The notes beneath the pieces were generated by a model. It worked only from the letters and a program-made list of their open reading frames with translations, was not told where the DNA came from and searched no databases. From the NCBI RefSeq assembly GCF_000315625.1, contig NW_005434666.1:197781-261780 (forward strand): DNA of 64,000 nt, read 5' to 3'. The DNA is from Guillardia theta CCMP2712. Its lineage: Eukaryota > Protista > Cryptophyta. The position numbers and the translations under genes were made by a program. How positions within the stretch are numbered: position 1 is the first letter of the stretch; every line of letters begins with the position of its first letter. Positions 42,520 through 53,780 of the stretch are shown in pieces.

Positions 42520-44966
42520 TCATGCAAGAAACCTTTCGGCGATAGAACACACATCCTGAATCATGTACATAGATCTTCTCAGGCTGTCTTCCTCTTCGGC
42601 TTTCCTCGCTTTGCCAACAGCAAGGTCATCGAGTGCATAGCAGATTAAGGAGAGTTCACCAGCAAACGCCAGACCGCCTTGAGAACCCAAAAGACGCATG
42701 CTAAAGGAACCACAAGCACGATTCCTGCAGCACGATGATGAGAGGGCGAGCACGAAAGATCTTCGAACGAGTTGCGTGCGCCGAGACAGACGTCAAGAGG
42801 AGGAGGGGGAGGAGGGGATGGTCGGGATAAGCTCAAGAGATGGTTTGATTGGAAAAAGAAAGAAGGAGATGGTGCAGGGGAGGGAAAGGAGGAAAGGGGG
42901 AATGCGAAGAAGGGAGGAGGTGGAGGAAGAAATTGACCGATGATGATGGTGTCGCTTGCAATGACCTCAACCTGCAAGTCTTGTCACAGGCCCTCAAACA
43001 GTGTCGAGTGGATCAAGTCACTTACAAGTAGAGGATCTCCTCGATGAGGTTTGCAAGTCCACCCGGCGTCAGCGGCGTCATGGCTGCCGAGGAGCGAGAC
43101 GAGAGTGAGTGAGAGGAAGAAGGCGATGACGAAGAAGGCGGGAAGGCGGGAAGCGAGGTGGAAGAGAGGAAGGACAATAATCGGGAGGGAACGAGGAGGT
43201 GGCAGCGAGAGATTAGAGGGAGAGGAGAGCAACAAGCAGGAGGAAGGCTTAGGGGATGACGACGGGAGGAGGAGGGAGGAGGAGGGAGGATGACAGGGAG
43301 GGAGGAAGTTTGAGAAGGACGGAGGACGTCTTCCTCCTTTCCCTCCTAACTCCGAGGCCTGGAAGTCTCACCGATGGGAAGAGCTTGTGAGCGGGACTTG
43401 ATGCATGAGATGTTCATTTCCCGCTGGGTCTAAGATCCTGAGGACTAGTGAGCCACAAACAACAGCAGGGAGGGAGAAGGGAGACTTGAGGACGGCCATG
43501 CCTTCCGCTTCCTCCTTCTTCCACTGGAAGTCAATCTGCACTTCACCTCAGCTGCCGGACCTCAACGATCCTCCTCTACCAACCTGCGCGATGTTGAGCC
43601 CGGTAAAGATGCCCTCGATACTGATTGCAGGCATCAGATGGAGAGGAGGAAGGCAAGGGAGTTGGGCGGAGGTGGGCGGTGAAAGTGAAGTGGTGGAGCA
43701 GGGAAGGTGGAGGTGAAGGCTGAGGAGGAGTTGGCGGTGGGGTGGAGACGGAGAGAGGTGGTGGTGGTGGAGGAGGAGGAGGAGGAGGGAAAGTAAGGCA
43801 GAGGAAACGGCACGGAACCTTTGGAACCGGAATGGCATGATCCACATCACGAGCGCTAGAAGGATCCTCCCATTTAGAGGTCCCGTCCCCCACGAGTGCG
43901 TCATCCCTGCTAAGGCTCAGGTCCTCTCTCCCTCCCTGTTCCTCCTCCTCCTCCTCCTCCTACCGCTCGACGTCATCTCAAGCAGCTCCCGCGTCTCGTC
44001 CGCTCGCTCGCCGTGCTGGCAGACAGCCCTCGAAACTTCTGCGAAGTGAACGTCCCCGCTGAAGAGGATGAGGTTCTTTGCTCCCGAGGACAGCAGGACG
44101 TCCAGTAGTCTCTGCCGGGATTTGGGGAACCTCGCCCAGTTCTCGCCGTGCCACCGATGCTCTGTGAGGATTTGGATGCCGGAGACGACGATGTTGGCAT
44201 CGCTCCTGCTCTCTGCCAGCGTCTGCTCCAGCCACTCCCACTGCTCCTCCCCGAGGAAGTCCTCGCCTCCTCGACAGAGGGAGCGGAAGGGCCAAGAGCA
44301 GTAGGGGGACTTGTTGTATCGGTTGTCTAGCAGGACTATCTTGACCTCTCGATCGCCCACTCGAACATCATGAGCAGCATAGACGCCGTTGCGCTGCCTG
44401 CGAGCATCGGACTTGGAGACATCGAGAAAGTCCAGGAAGGCTTGCTTGCTCTCTTCGCGGAGAGTGTAGCGGTAGTCGCCGTCGTTGATGCCGTAGTCGT
44501 GATCATCCCAAGTGCCATAGATCGGGATCTTCTCCCTGAGCTCCTTGTAGCCCGGGTGTGCCTTCTGTGCTTCATACATCTTCCTCAACCTGGTCAGGTC
44601 CGATGGCTCGAACATGATCGACTCATAACCCGTCGGCTCCTCTCCCCGGAGCACCCTGATGAACTGAGCAAGGACGTTGGGAGAGCTCCTCTTCGTGTCT
44701 GCATAGACGTTGTCGCCCATCCATACCCATGCGTCAGGCCTCCTCCCTATGATCAGCTCCCAGAACGGCTGTTTCCTCTCGACCTTGTTACATGACCCGA
44801 GCATAATCCTCACCTTGTCTTCGACAGCTCCTTCCGCAGCGTTGCGAGCGCTGCTTGTTCCAGCCAGGATCACCAGCACAATCAGCTGTCTGAGAACAGA
44901 GATCTCGAGTATGCTGAACGATGTTGTCGGCATCTCGCGCTTCCTCTCCTTCTCTCCCGCCCTCAT
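42520..44966 (-). CDS. phoD: PhoD-type alkaline phosphatase (metallophosphoesterase) with an N-terminal signal and a C-terminal TM segment
   Basis: GSCN, WMGDNVYAD, GTWDDHDYGIND, LLDNRY, LGEEQWEWL, SGDVHFAE, EMTSSG/MTH; late hydrophobic exon VLVVPLACVFWVLKAVW. Confidence 0.9.
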
Positions 44967-45353
44967 GCCGCTCGCCCCTTGTCAGGCCGGACCATGTCGC
45001 CTTACTACACAAATATGACCGACATAAGTAAAAATGAGCTTGATGAGCCTTAGGATCCAGCAGCGGCAGGCGTACTAGCCTAGTAGCCGAGCTGCTGCCC
45101 TGGCACTCGGGGGCAGATGTCCCTTAGAGTGACTTGGCAGACTTGGAGTAGGTGAGGCCCCGGGCCGTCGCCCTTGTCTAGCATTCTGGGGGGCGCCGCG
45201 AGAACCTGTCACGAGCCACTCTCAGCCTCACTAGCCTTCCTCGGAGTCCGGTCGGAAACTTCGGCGAAAGGTTTGGCGCTGCGGCATCATCAGTGACATG
45301 CCCTGGGAAGGCTAGGGAATTCATAGTGTTACAGAGTTACAGTGTAGATTCAT

Positions 45354-46821
45354 TCACAACGCAAGCGCACTAGCACGTGGAGCTTCGGAAAAAATAGTTG
45401 AGTAGAGAGGAATAGTCTTGAGTGTAGACACGGCTACGTCTTCCTTCAGGGCGAGATTGTACGTGGGGGACCGTTTCCCCTTGATAACAGCGACGCCAAC
45501 CTTGAGGATTCCGAGGTCCTTCAACGGAGAAATCAGCTCCTTGACAAAACTTTGAGACAAGGGCGCCATGTTGCTCCTTCTGCAAGTCATGACATAGCCT
45601 GTTGTCAACTCCTGCGCCGTCAGGTCTTTGATTCCTTTCCGGTGGGCCAGAACGAGACTGCAGACAATCAGAGCTTGATGAAGGGGGAGCTGCTTCAGGC
45701 ACTCTCCCATCTTGTTGGAGTTTTGGAGGGTGCTGAGCGTTTTTGCTATGATTGGGATTCCGACAACAGTTTTGCACTGACTGAACACGGATCGCGCAGC
45801 TTCACGACAGGCTTCCATTGCCTTCCGCATATCACCACTCTCTGCTGAGATCCTCCTCGCGCATAACTCTAGAGCGCTCCTGTCAAACCAAATGGTGTTC
45901 TTGTCCTGTGCTTCTCCACCTGCCTTTTCAACGTTTCCATCATTCACGTTCAGCCTGCTCGCCAGAATTTCAACGATCTCGGATTCTGAATATGTTGGGA
46001 ACGACAGCAGCTTCGGAGCACATCCTTTGGCATGCAGTAGTGGAAGGAACCTGTGTGTCAGATCCAGCGCGTTCGCAATCCCCATGACAATCAACCTTGA
46101 GTCCTTGAGCTGAGACCAAAGAAATAGAGTGAGGAGTACATGGTTCTCAACGCAGTTCTCCAGAAGCGCATCTATCTCGTCCACCACCACCAAGTACACC
46201 TTTTGATCTCCCTTCACTCGAGGGGCAGTGAACAGTTTCTGTAACGATTCTTCAGCCACCAGGTCGTGTTTCTCTGCACCGGGGCAGATTTGCCTCAACA
46301 GCTCATCCCACAGACTTCTGGCTCCATCCACCAGAGACATGCCGTTCAGAAAGCAGGTCTTGCACCTGCGGCTGACTTGCTTCAAAACAGACTTGATGGA
46401 CATGGTTTTGCCTGTCCCCGGCCTCCCACACACGTACATGGACCCGTGGCCTGTCTCTAGAGCCTGATTGAAGAATTGAACCATCTCCTCACGTTCCTTC
46501 TCTCTTCCAATCAGGTCGGCCTGCCCATGGGGGCTGAGCGCTTCCAGCATCTCATCGAAGGTCATGTCGCCATTCTCACGCTTTTCCTTGACGGGGATCG
46601 CCCTGTGCTCCACTCTTTGCTTCTTGCAGGCAGGTTCGCTTCCTTTCGAAGATGGGGGGGCTAGGAATGCCGAACAGTTCCTCTTGGTCAACTCAGACGA
46701 AGTGGAACGAGGAGCAACAGGCTTTCTGTGAGATAGCTCAGTCAACAACTTGCAAGAACACTGGCTGGTATCACCGGCTGCGCAGCTTTCTCATGATGTC
46801 CTCCTGTATCGCTTCTGGCAT
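45354..46821 (-). CDS. CDC6: Cell division control protein 6 (Orc1/Cdc6 AAA+ ATPase)
   Basis: LIGREKE, MYVCGRPGTGKT (Walker A), VVVDEID (Walker B), GIANALDLT, FPTYSESEI, SGDMRKA. A short first exon MPEAIQEDIMRKLRSR is joined by a GT-AG intron. Confidence 0.92.
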
Positions 46822-47500
46822 GACGACTGTTGTTCTGAACTAAAATGAAATGTCATCGAATGATAGCTAGCTAAGGAGAAGTTAATCAATCAAAACTTCA
46901 GCAAGGATGTTATTCAGGGGACAAGTGCAAGAAAATCTTTCCAGAAATGAGTAGCCATATTCAGTTCCATGCATTCGTCTACCATGACTTGAATAGTGAG
47001 AGGAAATGATACGGAAACAGAAGCTAGATGCATCAGGCAGTGAAAGGAAGGTGAAGAATGAAAGGACTGCTGGAGAAAGAGCAACCATGAAGCGAGCGAG
47101 CAGCTACAAGGATATGTGGCATGTGGCATGGCCATGGAGCCAGTGATGAAGAAGGGCAGGATCTCATCGAACCCCTAAACAACCCAGGGGTGCGAGGATA
47201 AAAAGTACCCACCCTTTTTACAGAATCAATAACTAAGAAGTACGGGTAGTAAAATATAACAAGGGGTACCAATACATCGGGCCTGTTTTGGCGGGAACGG
47301 CACTGCCCGGGCCCGGCGCCGGCTAGCCCGCGCCGGCGCAAGGAAACGCCGGGCGGCGCTGGACTTCAGGCCAAGAGGAGTTGCTTCCTACCCGGGCCCT
47401 GCTTTTCACCGGCGATCCCCCAACGAATCATGGGTACTCGGGGGCCCTAGTTTTGACCGTCAGCGGCCAAATCAGTGGGTCGATCCTTGATTCACTGAAG

Positions 47501-48500
47501 TTAATTCAGTAAGACAGTCGGGCCCTGGACAAGGACTGTCGGGCTCGAGCATCGACGAGTGCTGCATCCGTCGGATCGCAACTCCAACATGAAGGACCTG
47601 CCGCAGTGGCGGCTGGCAGCGGCACCTCTATCACGGAAGTACAACCAACCAGTAACTCCCTCCTCCCTCCTTTCATGCTTTGTAGTGTTAGCCATGATAA
47701 CGCAGACAGCGCGGGCCAGTACGGTAGTCCTCACCACCACCACCGCTGCTGTCTTCCGAGTCTCAAACTGCGTGTACCGAAACGAGCCACCAGCGAGGTA
47801 ATGCTTCGACATAATCTGCTCTTCTTCCGTAACATTCCTCTTCCGTATCCTCATACCCTGGCAATTTGTACCGTACTGTAATCGTCAGCGTTCTCTCTAG
47901 CAGCGGACATGATAGACGCTTCTCTCTGTCCGGCCATTCTTGTGGTCCATTTCAGCGTGCATTCCACTGATACCGTGCACGACCTTCTCTTCAAGTAGTG
48001 TCTACGATCTGAACTGATGCACTCAGTCAAGTCAACTGAATCAAGCTGGAAGAAAGTTGTGCTCCACGGCTTCTTCTCCACTACCTTGAATTTCAACTTG
48101 AAACGCTGATGCTCGAGGAAGGATTCCCGGCAGTAAAGGAGTATCTCTCCGTCTCCTTGTACACCCCCTCTGTCTCTGTAGATGAAGCCTTTCTTTGTGA
48201 AGCTCCTTGAACCTATCTTAAAGCTGTATCTCTCGCTCGGTCTCCAAGATGCTTCTCTCGATCTCCAAGCCTTTTGTATCTCTTAAAATGGACCGCTTTT
48301 TTATCATTGAGTCCTGGTCATTGTCGAACTTCCGAAGTTTTTGAGCACCAGCTTCATCTCTCGTTGTATCTCCTTGATGTCTTGTTGTACTTCTTTGATG
48401 TCTCATTCTACTTCCTTGTTGCTCGACCTGATCGGTCCTAGTCTGTGATCCCCCATAGACCATCCGATCCTTCCACTGAGCCAAAGAGAGCACCATCTGA
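47501..48500 (-). pseudogene. Decayed coding-like sequence with coiled-coil heptads
   Basis: Heptad-like pieces in different frames are broken by stops (EVE*DIKEVQQDIKEIQREMK; LEIERSILETEREIQL*DRFKELHKERLHLQRQR). Confidence 0.35.
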
Positions 48501-48904
48501 ATCAACTCCCCATCCGCCCCGCCCCCCCTCCTTTTCACGTACATATAACAGCCTTCTCGTGCTAGTAGCACAAGTATCCGCGCCCTGCGCCCCGCCGGCC
48601 GATCAATCTTGATAGGAAAGCCGCAGCCGACAAACAAGTTTGAATCAACCCACGAACGAGGGGCTGGGGTGCCCACCGCGGGGTGGGTACTCCCGTGATC
48701 GAATCAAGGGTGGTCCTCCTACCCACCCTGGCTTGCCTCCTACCCCCTCTCTGTCCCCGCTTCTCCCCCTCCTCCTCCTACAACCCTCCATGATACATCT
48801 TTGCCTACCCTACCCCTTCCCCAGACTTCCTGCCAGTATAATGCTGTTTTATAAAGCTTTCATAAGCCCATATTGGGGGGTCCCCGAGTTCCCCGTCATC
48901 CACC

Positions 48905-50983
48905 ATGCCTTCTCCCCCCCTCAGACCCTCCTCCGCCTCTTCCTCCGCCTCCTCCTCCGCCTCCTTCCCTGCTCTCCTCCGTACCATGTCCCAGTCCTCC
49001 CTCACTGCCAAGCTCCTCCGCAAGCTCCTCCGTCATGATCCTGCCTCCCACGCTCGCCGTCGTCCGACCCCTTCCTCACCCGCCATGCAGCCCGATTATC
49101 CCAGCGACGTCGTCAAGCACCTCTGTGATGCCATCGGCTCTATGACGGGTCACTACGCCTCGCTCTCGCGGCGCGCTGCCAAGCAGAGCAAGTCCATCGT
49201 CGCCATGGCTGATGCCGTCGCTCAGTCCAACATGGCGGTCTGTGCCATGGTCGCCGAGCTCGCGGAGATAGCGAGCGGTCTCTCAGACGTCTGCCAGGCC
49301 GTCATGGCTCAGCAGGAGCAGGTGCTGGTGCTGCTGCAGGCCCAGCCTCTCCCGCCGCATGCCGTCTCCTACAAGGACGTCAAGATCAAACAGGACCTCT
49401 ATCCCGCTCACTCCCTCCCGCCCGACGAGGCACACGCCGCTGTCACGCTGCCACACCACAGCGACGTCAAGCCCTGCTCTAGCCTCCGTGTCGAGCCGGC
49501 CATGCTGTCTCCTGCTCCCTGCCCTCCAGTCGAGCCCGCCGCGGCCTTGCATGAAGCAACGACATGCGTCTCCCCGACTGCTCTGGCCAAGACAGACGAG
49601 AGGATCGAGCTCGACGAGCCGCTGGCGGATCAGCGGGAGCGAGGAGGGCCCGCCAGCTCGAAGCGCGAGGGCGCGGCCTCGAGCTTCGGCTTCGCCTCTA
49701 CCGTCGCCGTGTATCACCCGTTCCGAGGGAATCGGACTGAAATCAAGTACGTCGACTGGTTCGCCGTCAGAGGGCGCGTCGCCGCCCTGTGCGACGGAGG
49801 ACGGCACGGCCGGCTGTCGGAGCGGCTTGCCCGGAAGATGGCTGCTGCCTTCGTCTCTATGAGCCCGCCTTCTGAGGGCCCGTACCTGGCCGAGGACAGG
49901 TACTCGCAAGCCATCGACCAGACCAAGGCGGAGCTCAAGGAGAGTGACGCCTCGATCAAGGAGAGCATGAGGTCAGCGTCTTTCTTGGGGCTCGAGCTCT
50001 GCCCAGAGCATAGCAGCGGCAATGTCCAGGTACGCGCGCTGGTGATCGGGAGCCCCCGCTGGGCCGTCCTGTCCTACAACCAAGACGAGTCGAGGTCAGA
50101 ACACGCCCCCAATGCGAGCATGTCCCTGCTTCTGACTGACCGGCCGTGTGGCAGCTTCGAGTGTCGCCACCTCTCCGAGCCCTGCTCGGATGTCACAGGC
50201 TCCCGCGGGCTGGCGGCCCGGCCGTCCGCTCTCAGCATCGAGGCGCGGGACGGGGACATCCTTGTCATCGGCAGCGACGGCTTCTGGCGCAACGTCTTCT
50301 TGCCGGGGAGCGGGGGCGGCGAGTCGAAGCTGCGGTGTAGCCTGGTGGAGAGTGCGGGCAAGGCGCTCAAGTACGTCTCTACCCAGAGCACTCCAGGACA
50401 GGACTGGTCCCAGTGCACCAAGTTTGTTGAGCAGCTCGGCAAGGACTTGTACGGGATCGCCATGGGAAACATGAGCAATGTCAAGGGCTATGAGGACGAC
50501 ATGACCGTCCTTGTGACGCGGGTGAAGAGAGGAGAGGCCGGCGTCGAGCTTGACGCGAGCATCGACGCAAGACCGATGCTGACCGGCGGGTACTACGTCG
50601 TCAGGGAGCCGCCACTCAGCAGCAGGTCCGAGGAGCGTCCGGCGCCAGCGCCGGTCTCTCACAAGGAGCCTCAAGAACTCGGAGGCAGCTCAGTCAGGGC
50701 CGAAGGACCCGGAGGTCGCATCGTGTCGATGAGCCAGGCGGCTTGCGCTGATTGTCCTGGGCCGGCACCAGGAGCGCGGCGCTTTGGCGGCGGCGCCAAG
50801 CGGCAGCAGCCTGATGAGTCCGCCGCTGACAGCCACGGTGAGCCCCGGGAACAGCCCCGGAAGGTCGGCCCCGGAGCCGGGTTGCAATTTGGAGCAAAGA
50901 AGCCTGTGAGTACATTGTGTGCGGGGCTCAGAAACTGGACCGTCCGAGGCTTGAGGGACCCGTGCACTCAAGACTCTCAGTAG
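48905..50983 (+). CDS. Divergent PP2C/PPM (PTC7-like) phosphatase-domain protein, copy 1
   Basis: ALCDGG, GDILVIGSDGFWRNV and YEDDMTVLV match PPM metal-binding motifs. There is an N-terminal helical/coiled region, a probable in-frame intron at 50095-50154, and a possible donor near 50905, so the true C-terminus is uncertain. Confidence 0.75.
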   Translation: MPSPPLRPSSASSSASSSASFPALLRTMSQSSLTAKLLRKLLRHDPASHARRRPTPSSPAMQPDYPSDVVKHLCDAIGSMTGHYASLSRRAAKQSKSIVAMADAVAQSNMAVCAMVAELAEIASGLSDVCQAVMAQQEQVLVLLQAQPLPPHAVSYKDVKIKQDLYPAHSLPPDEAHAAVTLPHHSDVKPCSSLRVEPAMLSPAPCPPVEPAAALHEATTCVSPTALAKTDERIELDEPLADQRERGGPASSKREGAASSFGFASTVAVYHPFRGNRTEIKYVDWFAVRGRVAALCDGGRHGRLSERLARKMAAAFVSMSPPSEGPYLAEDRYSQAIDQTKAELKESDASIKESMRSASFLGLELCPEHSSGNVQVRALVIGSPRWAVLSYNQDESRSEHAPNASMSLLLTDRPCGSFECRHLSEPCSDVTGSRGLAARPSALSIEARDGDILVIGSDGFWRNVFLPGSGGGESKLRCSLVESAGKALKYVSTQSTPGQDWSQCTKFVEQLGKDLYGIAMGNMSNVKGYEDDMTVLVTRVKRGEAGVELDASIDARPMLTGGYYVVREPPLSSRSEERPAPAPVSHKEPQELGGSSVRAEGPGGRIVSMSQAACADCPGPAPGARRFGGGAKRQQPDESAADSHGEPREQPRKVGPGAGLQFGAKKPVSTLCAGLRNWTVRGLRDPCTQDSQ

Positions 50984-51716
50984 TCGGACCCGCCGCCGGG
51001 CCGCACGCGGGGGGCGCACTGAACTGTCCGGGCCGGGCCCTGGCAGACTTTCAAGTTGGCCTGACTCACAGCGGCCCGCCGCCAAACTTAGCCGCACTGC
51101 GGCATCACAGTTGGCGCCGCCGCTGCTGGCCTCTTTCAAGCCTGAGGAGTACGGTCGGCACTGAGAGTGTCTGAGCCTGAGTCATGCAGGTGCCGCCTGG
51201 GGGGGCGCCGTGGCTACCCAGTCTTCTTAGTCTCTACGCTGCCGGGCTGTGGCATCATGATGCGGGAACTTTGAAATGACAATCAAGACTCAGTGGGACG
51301 CTTGGCATCCGATCATGTCGGGGCCCCGTGAGAATCAGCCACGGTGCCAACAGGACCGGCCGGCCGGGCCCCGGGGCCGGGCCCCAATGATCTCAGCCCC
51401 GGTGACCAAAAAAGCCGCGGCAGGTAGGAAAGCCGCAGCCGACAAACAAGTTTGAATCAACCCACGAACGAGGGGCTGGGGTGCCCACCGCGGGGTGGGT
51501 ACTCCCGTGATCGAATCAAGGGTGGTCCTCCTACCCACCCTGGCTTGCCTCCTACCCCCTCTCTGTGCCCGCTTCTCCCCCTCCTCCTCCTACAACCCTC
51601 CATGCGACATCTTTGCCTACCCTACCCCTTCCCCAGACTTCCTGCCAGTATAATGCTGTTTTATAAAGCTTTCATAAGCCCATATTGGGGGGTCCCCGAG
51701 TTCCCCGTCATCCACC

Positions 51717-53780
51717 ATGCCTTCTCCCCCCCTCAGACCCTCCTCCGCCTCCTCCTCCTCCTCCTCCTCTGCTCTCCTCCGTACCATGTCCCAGTCCTCC
51801 CTCACTGCCAAGCTCCTCCGCAAGCTCCTCCGTCATGATCCTGCCTCCCACGCTCGCCGTCGTCCGACCCCTTCCTCACCCGCCATGCAGCCCGACTATC
51901 CCAGCGACGTCGTCAAGCACCTCTGTGATGCCATCGGCTCTATGACGGGTCACTACGCCTCGCTCTCGCGGCGCGCTGCCAAGCAGAGCAAGTCCATCGT
52001 CGCCATGGCTGATGCCGTCGCTCAGTCCAACATGGCGGTCTGTGCCATGGTCGCCGAGCTCGCGGAGATAGCGAGCGGTCTCTCAGACGTCTGCCAGGCC
52101 GTCATGGCTCAGCAGGAGCAGGTGCTGGTGCTGCTGCAGGCCCAGCCTCTCCCGCCGCATGCCGTCTCCTACAAGGACGTCAAGATCAAACAGGACCTCT
52201 ATCCCGCTCACTCCCTCCCGCCCGACGAGGCACACGCCGCTGTCACGCTGCCACACCACAGCGACGTCAAGCCCTGCTCTAGCCTCCGTGTCGAGCCGGC
52301 CATGCTGTCTCCTGCTCCCTGCCCTCCAGTCGAGCCCGCCGCGGCCTTGCATGAAGCAACGACATGCGTCTCCCCGACTGCTCTGGCCAAGACAGACGAG
52401 AGGATCGAGCTCGACGAGCCGCTGGCGAATCAGCGGGAGCGAGGAGGGCCCGCCAGCTCGAAGCGCGAGGGCGCGGCCTCGAGCTTCGGCTTCGCCTCTA
52501 CCGTCGCCGTGTATCACCCGTTCCGAGGGAATCGGACTGAAATCAAGTACGTCGACTGGTTCGCCGTCAGAGGGCGCGTCGCCGCCCTGTGCGACGGAGG
52601 ACGGCACGGCCGGCTGTCGGAGCGGCTTGCCCGGAAGATGGCTGCTGCCTTCGTCTCTATGAGCCCGCCTTCTGAGGGCCCGTACCTGGCCGAGGACAGG
52701 TACTCGCAAGCCATCGACCAGACCAAGGCGGAGCTCAAGGAGAGTGACGCCTCGATCAAGGAGAGCATGAGGTCAGCGTCTTTCTTGGGGCTCGAGCTCT
52801 GCCCAGAGCATAGCAGCGGCAATGTCCAGGTACGCGCGCTGGTGATCGGGAGCCCCCGCTGGGCCGTCCTGTCCTACAACCAAGACGAGTCGAGGTCAGA
52901 ACACGCCCCCAATGCGAGCATGTCCCTGCTTCTCACTGACCGGCCGTGTGGCAGCTTCGAGTGTCGCCACCTCTCCGAGCCCTGCTCGGATGTCACAGGC
53001 TCCCGCGGGCTGGCGGCCCGGCCGTCCGCCCTCAGCATCGAGGCGCGGGACGGGGACATCCTTGTCATCGGCAGCGACGGCTTCTGGCGCAACGTCTTCT
53101 TGCCGGGGAGCGGGGGCGGCGAGTCGAAGCTGCGGTGTAGCCTGGTGGAGAGTGCGGGCAAGGCGCTCAAGTACGTCTCTACCCAGAGCACTCCAGGACA
53201 GGACTGGTCCCAGTGCACCAAGTTTGTTGAGCAGCTCGGCAAGGACTTGTACGGGATCGCCATGGGAAACATGAGCAATGTCAAGGGCTATGAGGACGAC
53301 ATGACCGTCCTTGTGACGCGGGTGAAGAGAGGAGAGGCCGGCGTCGAGCTTGACGCGAGCATCGACGCAAGACCGATGCTGACCGGCGGGTACTACGTCG
53401 TCAGGGAGCCGCCACTCAGCAGCAGGTCCGAGGAGCGTCCGGCGCCAGCGCCGGTCTCTCACAAGGAGCCTCAAGAACTCGGAGGCAGCTCAGTCAGGGC
53501 CGAAGGACCCGGAGGTCGCATCGTGTCGATGAGCCAGGCGGCTTGCGCTGATTGTCCTGGGCCGGCACCAGGAGCGCGGCGCTTTGGCGGCGGCGCCAAG
53601 CGGCAGCAGCCTGATGAGTCCGCCGCTGACAGCCACGGTGAGCCCCGGGAACAGCCCCGGAAGGTCGGCCCCGGAGCCGGGTTGCAATTTGGAGCAAAGA
53701 AGCCTGTGAGTACATTGTGTGCGGGGCTCAGAAACTGGACCGTCCGAGGCTTGAGGGACCCGGTGTGCACTCAAGAGTAG
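51717..53780 (+). CDS. Divergent PP2C/PPM (PTC7-like) phosphatase-domain protein, copy 2
   Basis: Nearly identical to copy 1: a few substitutions (one D>N), a 12-bp microsatellite indel and different last residues. Confidence 0.75.
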   Translation: MPSPPLRPSSASSSSSSSALLRTMSQSSLTAKLLRKLLRHDPASHARRRPTPSSPAMQPDYPSDVVKHLCDAIGSMTGHYASLSRRAAKQSKSIVAMADAVAQSNMAVCAMVAELAEIASGLSDVCQAVMAQQEQVLVLLQAQPLPPHAVSYKDVKIKQDLYPAHSLPPDEAHAAVTLPHHSDVKPCSSLRVEPAMLSPAPCPPVEPAAALHEATTCVSPTALAKTDERIELDEPLANQRERGGPASSKREGAASSFGFASTVAVYHPFRGNRTEIKYVDWFAVRGRVAALCDGGRHGRLSERLARKMAAAFVSMSPPSEGPYLAEDRYSQAIDQTKAELKESDASIKESMRSASFLGLELCPEHSSGNVQVRALVIGSPRWAVLSYNQDESRSEHAPNASMSLLLTDRPCGSFECRHLSEPCSDVTGSRGLAARPSALSIEARDGDILVIGSDGFWRNVFLPGSGGGESKLRCSLVESAGKALKYVSTQSTPGQDWSQCTKFVEQLGKDLYGIAMGNMSNVKGYEDDMTVLVTRVKRGEAGVELDASIDARPMLTGGYYVVREPPLSSRSEERPAPAPVSHKEPQELGGSSVRAEGPGGRIVSMSQAACADCPGPAPGARRFGGGAKRQQPDESAADSHGEPREQPRKVGPGAGLQFGAKKPVSTLCAGLRNWTVRGLRDPVCTQE

